This document shows positions 1-8,678 of a DNA stretch of 41,203 nt, piece after piece. Location of the stretch: the IMG/VR virus record IMGVR_UViG_3300035698_009173; one strand, 5' to 3'. Position 1 is the stretch's first letter. Each line of letters opens with the position of its first letter. Position numbers and translations under genes: made by a program. Under the pieces are notes generated by a model, which was not told where the DNA came from, ran no database searches, and worked only from the letters and a program-made list of their open reading frames with translations. This DNA comes from a virus.

Positions 1-87
1 ACCGCCGTGGAAAATGCAATTATTCGGAATGACTAATTGACAGTTTGTGAATAACTGTTATGTTGTTTGTAGCTAAGGGAGGCAATT

Positions 88-300
88 ATGAGCACGTATA
101 TTCCGAGGTATGTAATCGTAACGGCATTCATGGACCCCCGCGATGCGATTGATTATGCGAAATCGCGTGCGGACGAATACACCCAAGCATTGGTTTATAT
201 TCTGGGTAGAGGAATGTTTACGTCATTCGGTCCAGATTTTCGTCTTTCTTCTGATGCTATCAGCGCCGCTGTAGCGGAGGTACTGGGCACAGAGGACTGA
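88..300 (+). CDS. hypothetical small protein (70 aa)
   Basis: ORF with RBS AAGGGAGG 7 nt upstream of ATG; upstream TTGACA(37-42)/TATGTT promoter. Confidence 0.5.
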   Translation: MSTYIPRYVIVTAFMDPRDAIDYAKSRADEYTQALVYILGRGMFTSFGPDFRLSSDAISAAVAEVLGTED

Positions 301-449
301 CCCCCACGTTTGCCCTGCAAAGCCCGGAGATCGACTGCATGGGCTTCTGACAGCCTAATAAAGCACCTTCCTGAGGGAGGGTGCAGCTTTGCTATTAATG
401 TTGTGTGGTGGGTGGATCCCGTACTTCTAATTTAACAGAGTGGTGGGGA

Positions 450-705
450 TTGACAAGTAAAAAAGCGGGTAGCTGGCAACATTGCCAACTACCCACTATG
501 ACCCAAGGGAGGGTCTTACTATGCCTACCCACAACAGTATGGCTGTATTTTTATCTTTGTCAAGTAAAAGTGGGTAACTTGCTAGTGTTACGCAAGCTAC
601 CCACAGTTGCCTACTACACGTGATAGCACGTAGGCGTGGAGTCCTTATAATAAGCTATTCTTTCTCTTTGTCAAGCAGAATCACATGCCGCCTTTGGCGG
701 CATGT
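450..705. promoter_or_regulatory. structured non-coding region: three TTG(A/T)CAAG boxes, each followed by a hairpin (two long GGGTA...TACCC stems, one GCCTAC...GTAGGC stem, one 10-bp ATGCCGCC hairpin)
   Basis: inverted repeats 467-494, 572-602, 609-635, 683-705 read directly; no credible CDS (track ORF 405..623 lacks RBS or promoter). Confidence 0.45.
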
Positions 706-797
706 CTAGGGTAACATACGAATGCATTATTAAATAAACAATCGTTTGACAAAAGGGACGGATACCTTATACTAGATGTAGCCCAAGGGAGGTCACA

Positions 798-1502
798 ATG
801 AATCTGGTACAAGCCAAACAAGAACAAGAGAAATTGCAGCAAAAAGCGGACAGGCTGGACATCCGCATTGCCATGCTAGAAAAGTTGGAAAACGATGAAA
901 AAATACAAACGGACATCGCGAGGCTGAAAGGCGCGGTGTTCGTAGCAAAAAGGACAGAAAAAGAGTTCCAACACGCAGTCGCGGCCATGTATCCTCAAAC
1001 GGATGCAATGGACCCGATCTCTTTTGAGAAATACTTGGAGGTCTATCGCAAGAAGTTTGAGCGGGATTCTGCACAAGTGGATCGTGTCGCTAAAGAAACT
1101 GTGCGGCAAATCATTGTGGATTATGCTGGTACAATGAGCGGAGGCTGGGGGGTTGTGGATTGGTTGCGTGCCGTGGCGTTTTCTAAGGCATTTGAGGCAC
1201 ATCGAGGGAGAATTTACAGGGCATTGGTCCAGGTGTCTACTGACCGAGGGGACGACTCCCACGGTGATCTGGTGGACGCTCTGGCCTTGTTCTTGGACGC
1301 CGGGCATGTGGGCATGCTGGAAGATACCCCAAGCGATTGGAAAAGCATTGTGGACAAGCAGACGCTTGCATACTCTGCCATATCGCATAAGTTTGGACGT
1401 GCCCCATTTGTCGAAGAGCATGTCCTCGGCGGTGAAAACTACTTCATGATGAAGTTGGATGAAGCAATCCTGACCTACGCAAAAAGCGTGGATTGGAGTT
1501 AA
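798..1502 (+). CDS. hypothetical protein (234 aa)
   Basis: ORF with RBS AAGGGAGG; promoter TTGACA 746-751 / TATACT 768-773. Confidence 0.6.
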   Translation: MNLVQAKQEQEKLQQKADRLDIRIAMLEKLENDEKIQTDIARLKGAVFVAKRTEKEFQHAVAAMYPQTDAMDPISFEKYLEVYRKKFERDSAQVDRVAKETVRQIIVDYAGTMSGGWGVVDWLRAVAFSKAFEAHRGRIYRALVQVSTDRGDDSHGDLVDALALFLDAGHVGMLEDTPSDWKSIVDKQTLAYSAISHKFGRAPFVEEHVLGGENYFMMKLDEAILTYAKSVDWS

Positions 1503-1515
1503 TCTAAACTTCTGG

Positions 1516-1544
1516 TTGACAAATGCAATTCGATTTGTTATGAT
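1516..1544 (+). promoter_or_regulatory. sigma70-type promoter (TTGACA-17-TATGAT) for 1568 gene; representative of about 20 similar early promoters
   Basis: exact -35 TTGACAA, 17-bp spacer, -10 TATGAT, followed by the RBS block GACACGGGAGGTTGAAATG. Confidence 0.6.
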
Positions 1545-1567
1545 AGGTGTAGACACGGGAGGTTGAA

Positions 1568-1840
1568 ATGGCTCATTACTTGGTAACCTGGGAAATTGAA
1601 GTGGATGCATCTGACCCCACAGATGCAGCAGCACAAGCACAAGAAATCCAACGGGACGAAAACAGTTTGGCAACAGTGTTTGTTGTTGAGGATCAAGATG
1701 TGGGGGAAGCACATGAGATCGATGTGGGGAAAAGAGTGTTGTGCAGATTTTGTGAAAAGATGATTTCATCATCATCAAATAGTACATACGTTTACAAGGG
1801 GGATTATGTTTGTGAAGATTGTTGGAATTGTCGCTTGTGA
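1568..1840 (+). CDS. small Cys-rich (CxxC..CxxC) protein, 90 aa
   Basis: ORF with RBS ACGGGAGG; own promoter 1516-1544; C-terminal CRFC..CEDCWNC zinc-ribbon-like pattern. Confidence 0.5.
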   Translation: MAHYLVTWEIEVDASDPTDAAAQAQEIQRDENSLATVFVVEDQDVGEAHEIDVGKRVLCRFCEKMISSSSNSTYVYKGDYVCEDCWNCRL

Positions 1841-1863
1841 ACTACCGGTTAAAGGAGTTAATC

Positions 1864-2154
1864 ATGGATACCCCAAAATTCACCTCGAAAAGGACAGTAG
1901 TCACAGCGGGCATAAGTCAACGTATGCAAGCGGACCCCGATTTCGGAGAATTGGTTAATGCGTCAATCAATCGCCACTTCGCAGGCGATTGGGGGGACCT
2001 GGGATTGTCGGACAGCTTGGATAATGACCGTGCTTTGAAGTCCGGGGATGATCGCCTCTTTTGCGTGTACGAATTGGAGGGGCACCCCAAGATCTGGATT
2101 GTTACGGAATATGACTACAGCGTGACAACCGTGTTATTTCCTGAGGAATACTGA
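1864..2154 (+). CDS. hypothetical protein (~96 aa)
   Basis: ORF in track from 1819; ATG 1864 preceded by AAAGGAG RBS; followed by intrinsic terminator 2195-2218. Confidence 0.5.
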   Translation: MDTPKFTSKRTVVTAGISQRMQADPDFGELVNASINRHFAGDWGDLGLSDSLDNDRALKSGDDRLFCVYELEGHPKIWIVTEYDYSVTTVLFPEEY

Positions 2155-2194
2155 AAAGAGAGCGGACACCCCACCCCCTGTCCCTGCTTTCGGA

Positions 2195-2218
2195 GCCCGG
2201 CTAGTCCGGGCTTTTTTC
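2195..2218 (+). terminator. intrinsic terminator
   Basis: GCCCGG-CTAGT-CCGGGC stem-loop followed by TTTTTT. Confidence 0.7.
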
Positions 2219-2282
2219 TATTAAACGTGCTTGACAAACGCATTAAGATTATTATACTTAATGTAGAACACGGGAGGTCAAA

Positions 2283-2723
2283 ATGGGTTGGTTATTCGAG
2301 TACAATACACAAGACATGACTCGCAGGGAATATGCAAACGACATGCTGAAAAAGCTTACACATGCATGGCCTCGTGGGTCAAGTCACGTTATTACCCATT
2401 CCTTGCAGGGGAATCACTTGTGGGCGGTTGTGGGGAATTACCGCAAGGATACGGGACAAATCACAAAGCATATCTTTTTGGCTTTGCTGAAAAAGAGTGA
2501 TGGTATGTGGGGGTATAAGGACATGGATGAAGACTGCCATCCGTATTATTACACATGCCCCTTGCGACTTCTACGTATGACAAAACCTCGCACGCAAGAT
2601 AGCCTAAACTGGCGTCAAGGGGTTCGAGAACACTTGGACAGAGTTAATCGTCGTCGCAAACTGATTAAGTTGTGGCGTACTGATCGTGTAGCTTATCATC
2701 ATGAATTACAAAAAAGTGCTTGA
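2283..2723 (+). CDS. hypothetical protein (146 aa)
   Basis: ORF, RBS ACGGGAGG, promoter TTGACA 2231-2236 / TATACT 2254-2259. Confidence 0.5.
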   Translation: MGWLFEYNTQDMTRREYANDMLKKLTHAWPRGSSHVITHSLQGNHLWAVVGNYRKDTGQITKHIFLALLKKSDGMWGYKDMDEDCHPYYYTCPLRLLRMTKPRTQDSLNWRQGVREHLDRVNRRRKLIKLWRTDRVAYHHELQKSA

Positions 2724-2771
2724 CAAGTTTTTGTTTACTCATATAGTAGATGTAACCACGGGAGGCAACAA

Positions 2772-3188
2772 ATGAACAACGACAATGACAGCATTCGAAG
2801 GTGTGGAATGTGCCGCAAACGTTTTACCTCAGGCGAGGGTTATTCGGCATACCCAATTGAGGGAGCCCCTGTCAAGGATTCATTTTGTTCGCTTGCATGT
2901 ACCAAGAAGTACGCGGGGATGAAAATGCAAGAAGCAATGGACCCGCTTATCCAGAAAATCTGTGACATGGTTAATCGCATGGGCTCGCTTGATGATGTTG
3001 CAGAAGCCATGTGTAAGTCCATGATCCACCAGCACCGATATTTGCAGGCTGAGGCAATCAATGCTTTCGCTATGTTCCTGCTGAAATACGGGGAAAAGTG
3101 CAAAGCAGAAAAGTTGTTTGACGCTCGCAACGAAGCAGCAGTTGCCCAGGCCGAACGAATGGGAAAAGCAGCGTACGATTTTAGTTGA
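2772..3188 (+). CDS. hypothetical protein with N-terminal CxxC..CxxxC motif (138 aa)
   Basis: ORF, RBS ACGGGAGG, promoter TTGACA 2720-2725. Confidence 0.5.
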   Translation: MNNDNDSIRRCGMCRKRFTSGEGYSAYPIEGAPVKDSFCSLACTKKYAGMKMQEAMDPLIQKICDMVNRMGSLDDVAEAMCKSMIHQHRYLQAEAINAFAMFLLKYGEKCKAEKLFDARNEAAVAQAERMGKAAYDFS

Positions 3189-3259
3189 CAAGTCTCGAAG
3201 AATTGCTATAAAGAGAATAGAACATAAACGAAACAATCACTAGCACGAGAGGTTACACC

Positions 3260-3619
3260 ATGAGCAACAAGACCCAAACCACGGAAGCCAAAAAGACCGA
3301 AACCCTCACCGATGAACAAGTCAAAGCCATGGCCATCGAACGCGGCTTGATCAAGTCCGTCCGTAGCGAAGGTCAGGAAGCCTTCGAAGGCGCGTCCAGT
3401 CGTTTGAAGGCTTTGGAGGCTGAGATTTTCGGGCTGCTCGAACAGGCCGATTTCGGTGGCCCCGTCGAAGTTCGCTTCGGCATCAAGCGGGATGGCGAGC
3501 AGTTCTTGAAGGCCATCCGCACCCGCAAGGAATACGCGGCCCGCGACAAGAAAGCCGACCCGGCCCCGGTGGTCGCACCCGTCGCCAAACCCAAGAAAGG
3601 CAAGGGCAAGAAAGGCTAA
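3260..3619 (+). CDS. hypothetical protein with Lys/Gly-rich C-terminal tail; GC-rich codon usage unlike neighbours
   Basis: ORF 119 aa; RBS GAGAGG; about 58% GC versus about 48% in neighbours; strong terminator immediately downstream. Confidence 0.55.
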   Translation: MSNKTQTTEAKKTETLTDEQVKAMAIERGLIKSVRSEGQEAFEGASSRLKALEAEIFGLLEQADFGGPVEVRFGIKRDGEQFLKAIRTRKEYAARDKKADPAPVVAPVAKPKKGKGKKG

Positions 3620-3636
3620 GAGATTAATCGGCTTGC

Positions 3637-3669
3637 AAAAAGGGGCGGCGAAAGCCGCCCCTTTTTTTG
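3637..3669. terminator. intrinsic (potentially bidirectional) terminator
   Basis: AAAAAGGGGCGGCG-AAA-GCCGCCCCTTTTTTT. Confidence 0.8.
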
Positions 3670-3718
3670 TTGACAAACCTTGTGGAATTGTTACACTTTA
3701 TATGAAAGGACGGTAAAG

Positions 3719-3916
3719 ATGCTGTATAACTATAAGCAAGGTGCGGTGCCCAGGAATTCAGAGGATGCGGTCCTTGCGGCATCTGCCAGGATTTTCAGAC
3801 AGATTCAAGCAATAGCGTTTGCCAACAAGAAAATGACCATGAAAGAACTACAAGCAATCAATACACTGATTGCGCAACTACTCACAGCACCCAAGGGGCT
3901 AATCTCTGAGTGCTAA
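3719..3916 (+). CDS. hypothetical small protein (~65 aa)
   Basis: in-frame ATG inside track ORF 3680..3916 preceded by AAAGGACGG; promoter TTGACA 3670-3675. Confidence 0.4.
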   Translation: MLYNYKQGAVPRNSEDAVLAASARIFRQIQAIAFANKKMTMKELQAINTLIAQLLTAPKGLISEC

Positions 3917-3985
3917 GCTTCACTCCCCCGTGTCTGTGGTGGCCCTGGTGAAAACTGGGGTCATCACTTTTTAACAACCTTTTGC

Positions 3986-4013
3986 TTGACAAAAGGTTAA
4001 AGTCCCTTATAAT
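3986..4013 (+). promoter_or_regulatory. sigma70-type promoter TTGACA-16-TATAAT (MTase gene)
   Basis: consensus hexamers seen directly. Confidence 0.6.
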
Positions 4014-4038
4014 GAATACAGAACACGGGAGGCAACAA

Positions 4039-4563
4039 ATGCACAATACAGCAATCAGGCGGAAAAAGGCAAGCACCCCCATGTTGGAGGCATACGCAGG
4101 CGGGGCAGTCTCAGGGCGTGTGTTAGACTTTGGTTGCGGTGCCGGGGCTGATGTAGCCTGGTTGAAAGAAGAAGGGTTTAAGGTCAAGGGGTACGATCCA
4201 CACACCCCACAGTTTACCAAGCTCCCACGTGGCAAGTTCGACACGGTGTTAGTCACCTATGTCGCCAACGTGATGCAGAACCCCTTCCCCATGTTGGAAG
4301 AGGCCTGGAAAACGGTGCGTAAGGGCGGACGAATGGTTGTGACCTGTCGAGGCAAGACTGAGGTTGACTACTCGGCTAAGAAAGGTGGATGGCTTCAGAC
4401 GGGCATAGGCTGGACCACAAGCCGGGGAAGCTACCAACGAGGGTATACGCCAGCTATGTTGACGGACCTGTGTAAACGGCTCTGTGATAGCACAGGGGAC
4501 AGCCTGGGGTTGTTTAGCAATACCGTCAATGGCAATCCCATGATCGTGGTGGTGAAGGGATGA
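4039..4563 (+). CDS. class I SAM-dependent methyltransferase-like protein
   Basis: motif I-like VLDFGCGAGAD; ATG 4039 directly after ACGGGAGG RBS (track ORF starts 3982); promoter TTGACA 3986-3991 / TATAAT 4008-4013. Confidence 0.6.
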   Translation: MHNTAIRRKKASTPMLEAYAGGAVSGRVLDFGCGAGADVAWLKEEGFKVKGYDPHTPQFTKLPRGKFDTVLVTYVANVMQNPFPMLEEAWKTVRKGGRMVVTCRGKTEVDYSAKKGGWLQTGIGWTTSRGSYQRGYTPAMLTDLCKRLCDSTGDSLGLFSNTVNGNPMIVVVKG

Positions 4564-4733
4564 AAACTCTTAAGAAAAGAAATCCTTTTGCGCTAATCGC
4601 TCTTTTGCGTAAAGCGGGCAGGCACAAAGACAGAAAGAAAGAGCGGAACAAAAAGGCTTGTCGGGGAAAGATAAAAGAATAACTTGACACGGAATGAATC
4701 TATCTTATACTAGAGGTAGAAAGGGAGGACACA

Positions 4734-5117
4734 ATGGGACACACTCATTATTGGCGTTTGGCGGACACGATGGTCAAGAAGGACTATGAGCAAGCCCTGT
4801 TCAATTGTCGGAAGATTGTCCGGTCGTCCACCATTCCTTTGGAATTTGGCGTGCGCGGACGGGATCTGGTTTTCAATGGTGTGGGGGAAGATGGGCATGA
4901 AGAATTTGTACTAGAAGAGTTCCCAATTTTTGGGTTCAATTTCTGCAAAACCGCACGCAAACCTTACGACCTGATCGTGGTCGCCTGCTTGTGTGTCTTG
5001 AATGAGTGCACAGATGAAAGCCCGTCCAGTGATGGTGACCCTGCGGAATGGGAAAAGGGCCGTGCCTTTGCGGAGGAGGTATTAGGGCGCAAGGTAACCA
5101 ACCCTCTTGCCAGGTGA
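4734..5117 (+). CDS. hypothetical protein (127 aa)
   Basis: ORF, RBS AAGGGAGG, promoter TTGACA 4684-4689 / TATACT 4706-4711. Confidence 0.5.
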   Translation: MGHTHYWRLADTMVKKDYEQALFNCRKIVRSSTIPLEFGVRGRDLVFNGVGEDGHEEFVLEEFPIFGFNFCKTARKPYDLIVVACLCVLNECTDESPSSDGDPAEWEKGRAFAEEVLGRKVTNPLAR

Positions 5118-5246
5118 AAAGGCGGCAGGCAGGCATACCCCCGGATAGGTACTTAAGCGGCAGGTGCACGCGGGCGAGTGCGCGTAGGCGAGAAAGAAGT
5201 TGACAAAAAGTAAAAAGATATTATATTAAAAGTACGGGAGGTAAAA
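5118..5246 (+). repeat. intergenic promoter/RBS cassette duplicated at 11320-11504
   Basis: shared blocks AAAGCGGCAGG, GGTACTTAAGCGGCAGG, GCGTAGGCG, CTTGACAAAAAGTAAAAA, ATTATA, AAAGTACGGAGG. Confidence 0.75.
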
Positions 5247-5510
5247 ATGAAAACACTTGAAGTTCTCAGTGAGCAGATTACTTGGCAAGGAGAAACACGA
5301 ATTGTTAAGGATGAATTTGGGGTGAATAAATATGGGGAAGGTCTTTTTGTACGGCGGATTGATGGAACTTGGGGGGCATTAATGGGAACTGGCCAATTCA
5401 ATGCGAAGTCCCCAAAAGAGATGATGCGAAAACTTCGTGCAAGTTGGTTAAACTCATATGAACAAATTCGCATGGTTCGGGGTTCTGCACGCGGGTGGAT
5501 TGACGTGTAA
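5247..5510 (+). CDS. hypothetical protein (87 aa)
   Basis: ORF, RBS ACGGGAGG, promoter TTGACA 5200-5205 inside the duplicated cassette. Confidence 0.5.
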   Translation: MKTLEVLSEQITWQGETRIVKDEFGVNKYGEGLFVRRIDGTWGALMGTGQFNAKSPKEMMRKLRASWLNSYEQIRMVRGSARGWIDV

Positions 5511-5630
5511 AAAGGCCAAGAGCATCAAGAGCAATAGTTAAGCAGTACTTAACACATCGGACATTCGTACTCCTTTGTAACCCACCCTTACTACTATATA
5601 GGACAGATTGAGTCCTTTTATAAAACGGAT

Positions 5631-5678
5631 CGGTCCCCTTATATATCAATTTAACACTGAATTGACTTTTGTCAAGTG
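5631..5678. repeat. dispersed conserved intergenic element, copy 1 (GTCCCCTTA-TATATCAATTTAACACTGAATTGACTTTTGTCAAG)
   Basis: near-identical to copies at 7802, 8632 and 13232. Confidence 0.8.
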
Positions 5679-6054
5679 AATAATGCAAGTTTTTTATTAT
5701 TCTTTTGAATGCTTTTTTCACTTGACTAAGGGCGGTTTTGCATTATGCTAGGGGGGACCGACAAAGGAGAAAAACCATGCCAGCCACAACAAGTCTCGAA
5801 GAATATTAAGATGCGTGCGATGATTACACGGGGTGGGGTACGACGTGCCAAGCCTTCACACGCGATTGTACAGAGCCGGATGCGGAAGGTTATGATTGCC
5901 CGGATTGCGGGAACAATACGGTTATGGATGCAGAGCAAGCCTTGCTTATGGGTGAATTAGAAATTGAATAAAAAGACTTGACAAACACTCACGGATTATT
6001 ATAATGTTGACATAGCGGGATTGACCGACAACCTTTTACCAAAGGAAAGACGCC

Positions 6055-6495
6055 ATGAACGATTCACAGAAAAAAGCCTTGGAACAAGCCGCAATAAGTA
6101 AGGCAATCTCGGCCAAAGAGTTTAAAGCCGCATCGGCAAATTTGGAGCCCGGAAGCTACGCGGTTGACATGACGGTCCAGATCAAAGGCACGCTGAACAA
6201 GGGCGAAGCTTTTGAACAAAGGATTTCCAACAAAATCAATTGGATGCTTCTTTTCAGTATCGCTGCATCCAAAGTCAACGACGAGACTTTGGCATGCATC
6301 ATGAAGTCTTATGACGCAGCTGAGGGGAGCAAGGAAAAAGCAGAAGAACTGACCGATAAGGTCAAGGGCAAGGTCCAGAATCATGTGGACGATCAAAAGG
6401 GCAAGACCTTGACCCTTAAATCCGGTAATGTCAAGTCTGCCTTGACGGTCAAGGCGGTGCGAGTGAAAAACGGGACGGTCAGCCAGGAAGTCTAG
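6055..6495 (+). CDS. hypothetical protein (146 aa)
   Basis: ORF with AAAGGAAAG upstream; followed by strong intrinsic terminator 6505-6547. Confidence 0.55.
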   Translation: MNDSQKKALEQAAISKAISAKEFKAASANLEPGSYAVDMTVQIKGTLNKGEAFEQRISNKINWMLLFSIAASKVNDETLACIMKSYDAAEGSKEKAEELTDKVKGKVQNHVDDQKGKTLTLKSGNVKSALTVKAVRVKNGTVSQEV

Positions 6496-6504
6496 AACAC
6501 GACA

Positions 6505-6547
6505 AAAAGACTCCCCTTATCCCCCGCTCCGGGGGAGTCTTTTTTTA
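6505..6547. terminator. intrinsic terminator
   Basis: AAAAGACTCCCC..GGGGAGTC stem followed by T8. Confidence 0.75.
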
Positions 6548-6570
6548 ACCTGTTTTCCTTTTTATTAATT

Positions 6571-6615
6571 CTCCCCTTACATGCTAATTTAACAGTATGA
6601 TAAGATATGACAAGC
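6571..6615. repeat. degenerate copy of the dispersed element (CTCCCCTTACATGCTAATTTAACAGTATGA..ATATGACAAGC)
   Basis: shares CCCCTTACA..AATTTAACA..GACAAGC spacing. Confidence 0.55.
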
Positions 6616-6719
6616 ATTTTCTTTATTCCCAAACAACTTTTTATTTTTGTTAGGGTGGGCTTATTCTACTTGACAAAGTACAGAAAAGCATTATCCTTAA
6701 GGCATGGAGGCAATAAATT

Positions 6720-7517
6720 ATGATAACGACAAAAAGCAGGCTCGACGGCGGATTAGTCTATTCGAAATCACTCGGCATGTTTAACCTCAATCGTGGATCG
6801 GGCTCGTGCCGAAAAACCCCGGCGTGCAAGGATTGTTATGTCAACCGATCTTGCACAGCGTACAAGTTTACCAAGGCGGCATGGGCTCCAGGTGGAACGG
6901 ACGATTTAAACTGGGCTCGCTGTACTAGCGAAGTCTTTGAAGGGCTTGAAAGGGTCCGCTTGGCTTCTAGGGGGGAAGTGTTACGGACAAGCGCGGATGT
7001 TAAACGAGTAGCGGGATGGATTGTTGCTAACCCTAACACGCTTTTTTGGATACCCACCCGATCCATTTACAAAAATCGTGGCCGGGATCTGGATATTGAT
7101 CATATGAACTTGATCACACGCGAGATTGCCAACCTTCGGAATGCCCGCGTTATTGCCAGCCTTGATCCCTTTACGGCCCACCATTGGGCAGTTCTGAGGG
7201 ATGCTAACTGGTCTACCATGTTTTACGAGTCCGCAAACATGCCCAAAGGATACGAGCACGCGGGATCACACCCCGCGCTTGGTAAGAAAGGCTCCATGCT
7301 TCACTTGTGCTCAAAGACTTGGGATCTGTCTTTCCAGGACAATGGTCGCCTAGTCGGTCCTAAAGGCGATTGTGCTACTTGTGAAAATGGTTGTTTTGAA
7401 TTGACGCGGGTTGACGTATGGTTGCGCAATCATGCCAGAGCCCCAAAGAATAGTGCAATCCATGCCAAGGCTCAGATGCAAAAAAAGATTGACAAAGTGG
7501 TTGACAAACAGGCTTGA
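6720..7517 (+). CDS. hypothetical Cys-rich protein (265 aa)
   Basis: ORF with RBS CATGGAGG; promoter TTGACA 6671-6676. Confidence 0.55.
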   Translation: MITTKSRLDGGLVYSKSLGMFNLNRGSGSCRKTPACKDCYVNRSCTAYKFTKAAWAPGGTDDLNWARCTSEVFEGLERVRLASRGEVLRTSADVKRVAGWIVANPNTLFWIPTRSIYKNRGRDLDIDHMNLITREIANLRNARVIASLDPFTAHHWAVLRDANWSTMFYESANMPKGYEHAGSHPALGKKGSMLHLCSKTWDLSFQDNGRLVGPKGDCATCENGCFELTRVDVWLRNHARAPKNSAIHAKAQMQKKIDKVVDKQA

Positions 7518-7551
7518 TCTATTATACTTTATCTAACGGAGGTAACACAAA

Positions 7552-7710
7552 ATGATCTTCATCCTTTTTCCAGCCCTGCTAATAGTCACGCTGTTTGCGT
7601 GCTTGACCTTACCCCGGTCAATAAGGGTTGGAACCGATAGCGCGGTGAGTCACCCTACTCATAAAGCGCATAACACTAATAAAGGTGCAAGTCCTTGGGG
7701 GTTTACTTGA
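7552..7710 (+). CDS. small hydrophobic (membrane) peptide, ~52 aa
   Basis: not in ORF track (<60 aa); strong RBS AACGGAGGT 7 nt upstream of ATG; hydrophobic N-terminus; terminator 7738-7775 downstream. Confidence 0.3.
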   Translation: MIFILFPALLIVTLFACLTLPRSIRVGTDSAVSHPTHKAHNTNKGASPWGFT

Positions 7711-7737
7711 TGACGAGAACTACTAGGGCTATAAGGT

Positions 7738-7775
7738 GTCCGGTTATCCTTTGGGTAGGATAGCCGGATTTGTTT
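7738..7775 (+). terminator. intrinsic terminator
   Basis: TCCGGTTATCC-TTTGGGT-AGGATAGCCGGA followed by TTTGTTTTTGTG. Confidence 0.6.
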
Positions 7776-7801
7776 TTGTGCGCGGTGTTTTTTTTGTTAA
7801 T

Positions 7802-7846
7802 GCTTCCCTTACAAATCAATTTAACAATGAATTAACTTTTGTCAAG
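7802..7846. repeat. dispersed conserved intergenic element, copy 2 (CTTCCCTTACAAATCAATTTAACAATGAATTAACTTTTGTCAAGC)
   Basis: sequence identity with other copies. Confidence 0.8.
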
Positions 7847-7937
7847 CTTTTCTTTAAAGTATCTTTTGCATATTCTACTTGACAGGCTAGAGATAACGCT
7901 TATACTGTATGTAGACACGAAAAACAAGGGAGGCATA

Positions 7938-8372
7938 ATGAGCATTCGATCTAACATCAAAGTCACGGATGCATACGGCGACACGTTGTGGTTTTACAGG
8001 CATTCGGACGGCTACCCTCGCGGCCCCCACGGTGCAGTGGCTTTCTTGCGTGTGTTCATGCAGCGGGTGGCAAACGGTGAATACCGGGATAACTCCAATC
8101 AATCGTCTGGTCACCTCGTGGTTATGGGGTCTACCGATGAATACGTCAAGGGCTGGAAGGCAAGCTTGATAGAGCCCACCAGTGGCATGCATAGCGACAT
8201 TGAATGGTTATACACATGCAATCTGGAAAAACGGCAACTGCACGTCGCTATGGTTTGCGGCGATGAAGTCAAACAGGTTTGCGTTATTCGGTTTAAGCAT
8301 CGCAAACGTGCCAAAGTTTGGCATATTGGCAAGCCTATGTTTTCTTTTCGGGACGCTAGAAAGAAGAAATAA
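7938..8372 (+). CDS. hypothetical protein (~144 aa)
   Basis: internal ATG of track ORF 7839..8372 preceded by CAAGGGAGG; promoter TTGACA 7869-7874. Confidence 0.5.
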   Translation: MSIRSNIKVTDAYGDTLWFYRHSDGYPRGPHGAVAFLRVFMQRVANGEYRDNSNQSSGHLVVMGSTDEYVKGWKASLIEPTSGMHSDIEWLYTCNLEKRQLHVAMVCGDEVKQVCVIRFKHRKRAKVWHIGKPMFSFRDARKKK

Positions 8373-8424
8373 ATATTTGTCAAGGTTTTCTCAAATGTTA
8401 TACTAGGGACAAGGAGGAATCATT

Positions 8425-8622
8425 ATGGCGCATCGGTGCAAGAAAGGTGGGCTTGCCAAACGTTTTTACAAGACAGGCGAGATTGGCCCCGGTGGATTGA
8501 CTTGTCCATGCTGCGCGGACACAAAGAAGATCGGGAAAACGAAGAATAAGGCCCTTGGCCGTAGGGTCAAAAGAATCAATCGACGTGCTTGGAAAGCTGA
8601 GGCTGAGAGGGAGGTAGCCTAG
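8425..8622 (+). CDS. small basic Cys-rich protein (65 aa)
   Basis: ORF with RBS AAGGAGG; CPCC and Lys/Arg-rich. Confidence 0.45.
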   Translation: MAHRCKKGGLAKRFYKTGEIGPGGLTCPCCADTKKIGKTKNKALGRRVKRINRRAWKAEAEREVA

Positions 8623-8631
8623 CTTTTTAAT

Positions 8632-8678
8632 GCTTCCCTTACAAATCAATTTAACAATGATCCCGCCCCTTGTCAAGC
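8632..8678. repeat. dispersed conserved intergenic element, copy 3
   Basis: CTTCCCTTACAAATCAATTTAACAATGA then TTGTCAAGC. Confidence 0.8.

Noticed and set aside
405-623. 72-aa plus-strand ORF in the 5' non-coding region
   Set aside because: It has no RBS. The sequence is dominated by long inverted repeats and hairpins. The protein is Trp, Cys and Leu-rich with no coding periodicity. It is more likely structured RNA or DNA.
876-1787. 303-aa minus-strand ORF antisense to gene 798-1502
   Set aside because: It fully overlaps a better-supported plus-strand gene that has its own promoter and RBS. Its composition is low-complexity (Leu, Pro and His rich), there is no RBS, and every other gene in this half is on the plus strand.
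3206-3676. 156-aa minus-strand ORF covering the high-GC gene 3260-3619
   Set aside because: It is a typical antisense artefact of a GC-rich coding region. It runs through the terminator hairpin.
5631-8678. Dispersed 45-bp elements as leftward sigma70 promoters (reverse-strand TTGACAA)
   Set aside because: This is not rejected outright. However, no minus-strand genes exist in this half, and the candidate -10 regions opposite (TAAATT or AAATTG) are weak. The elements are reported as regulatory or binding elements of unknown function.
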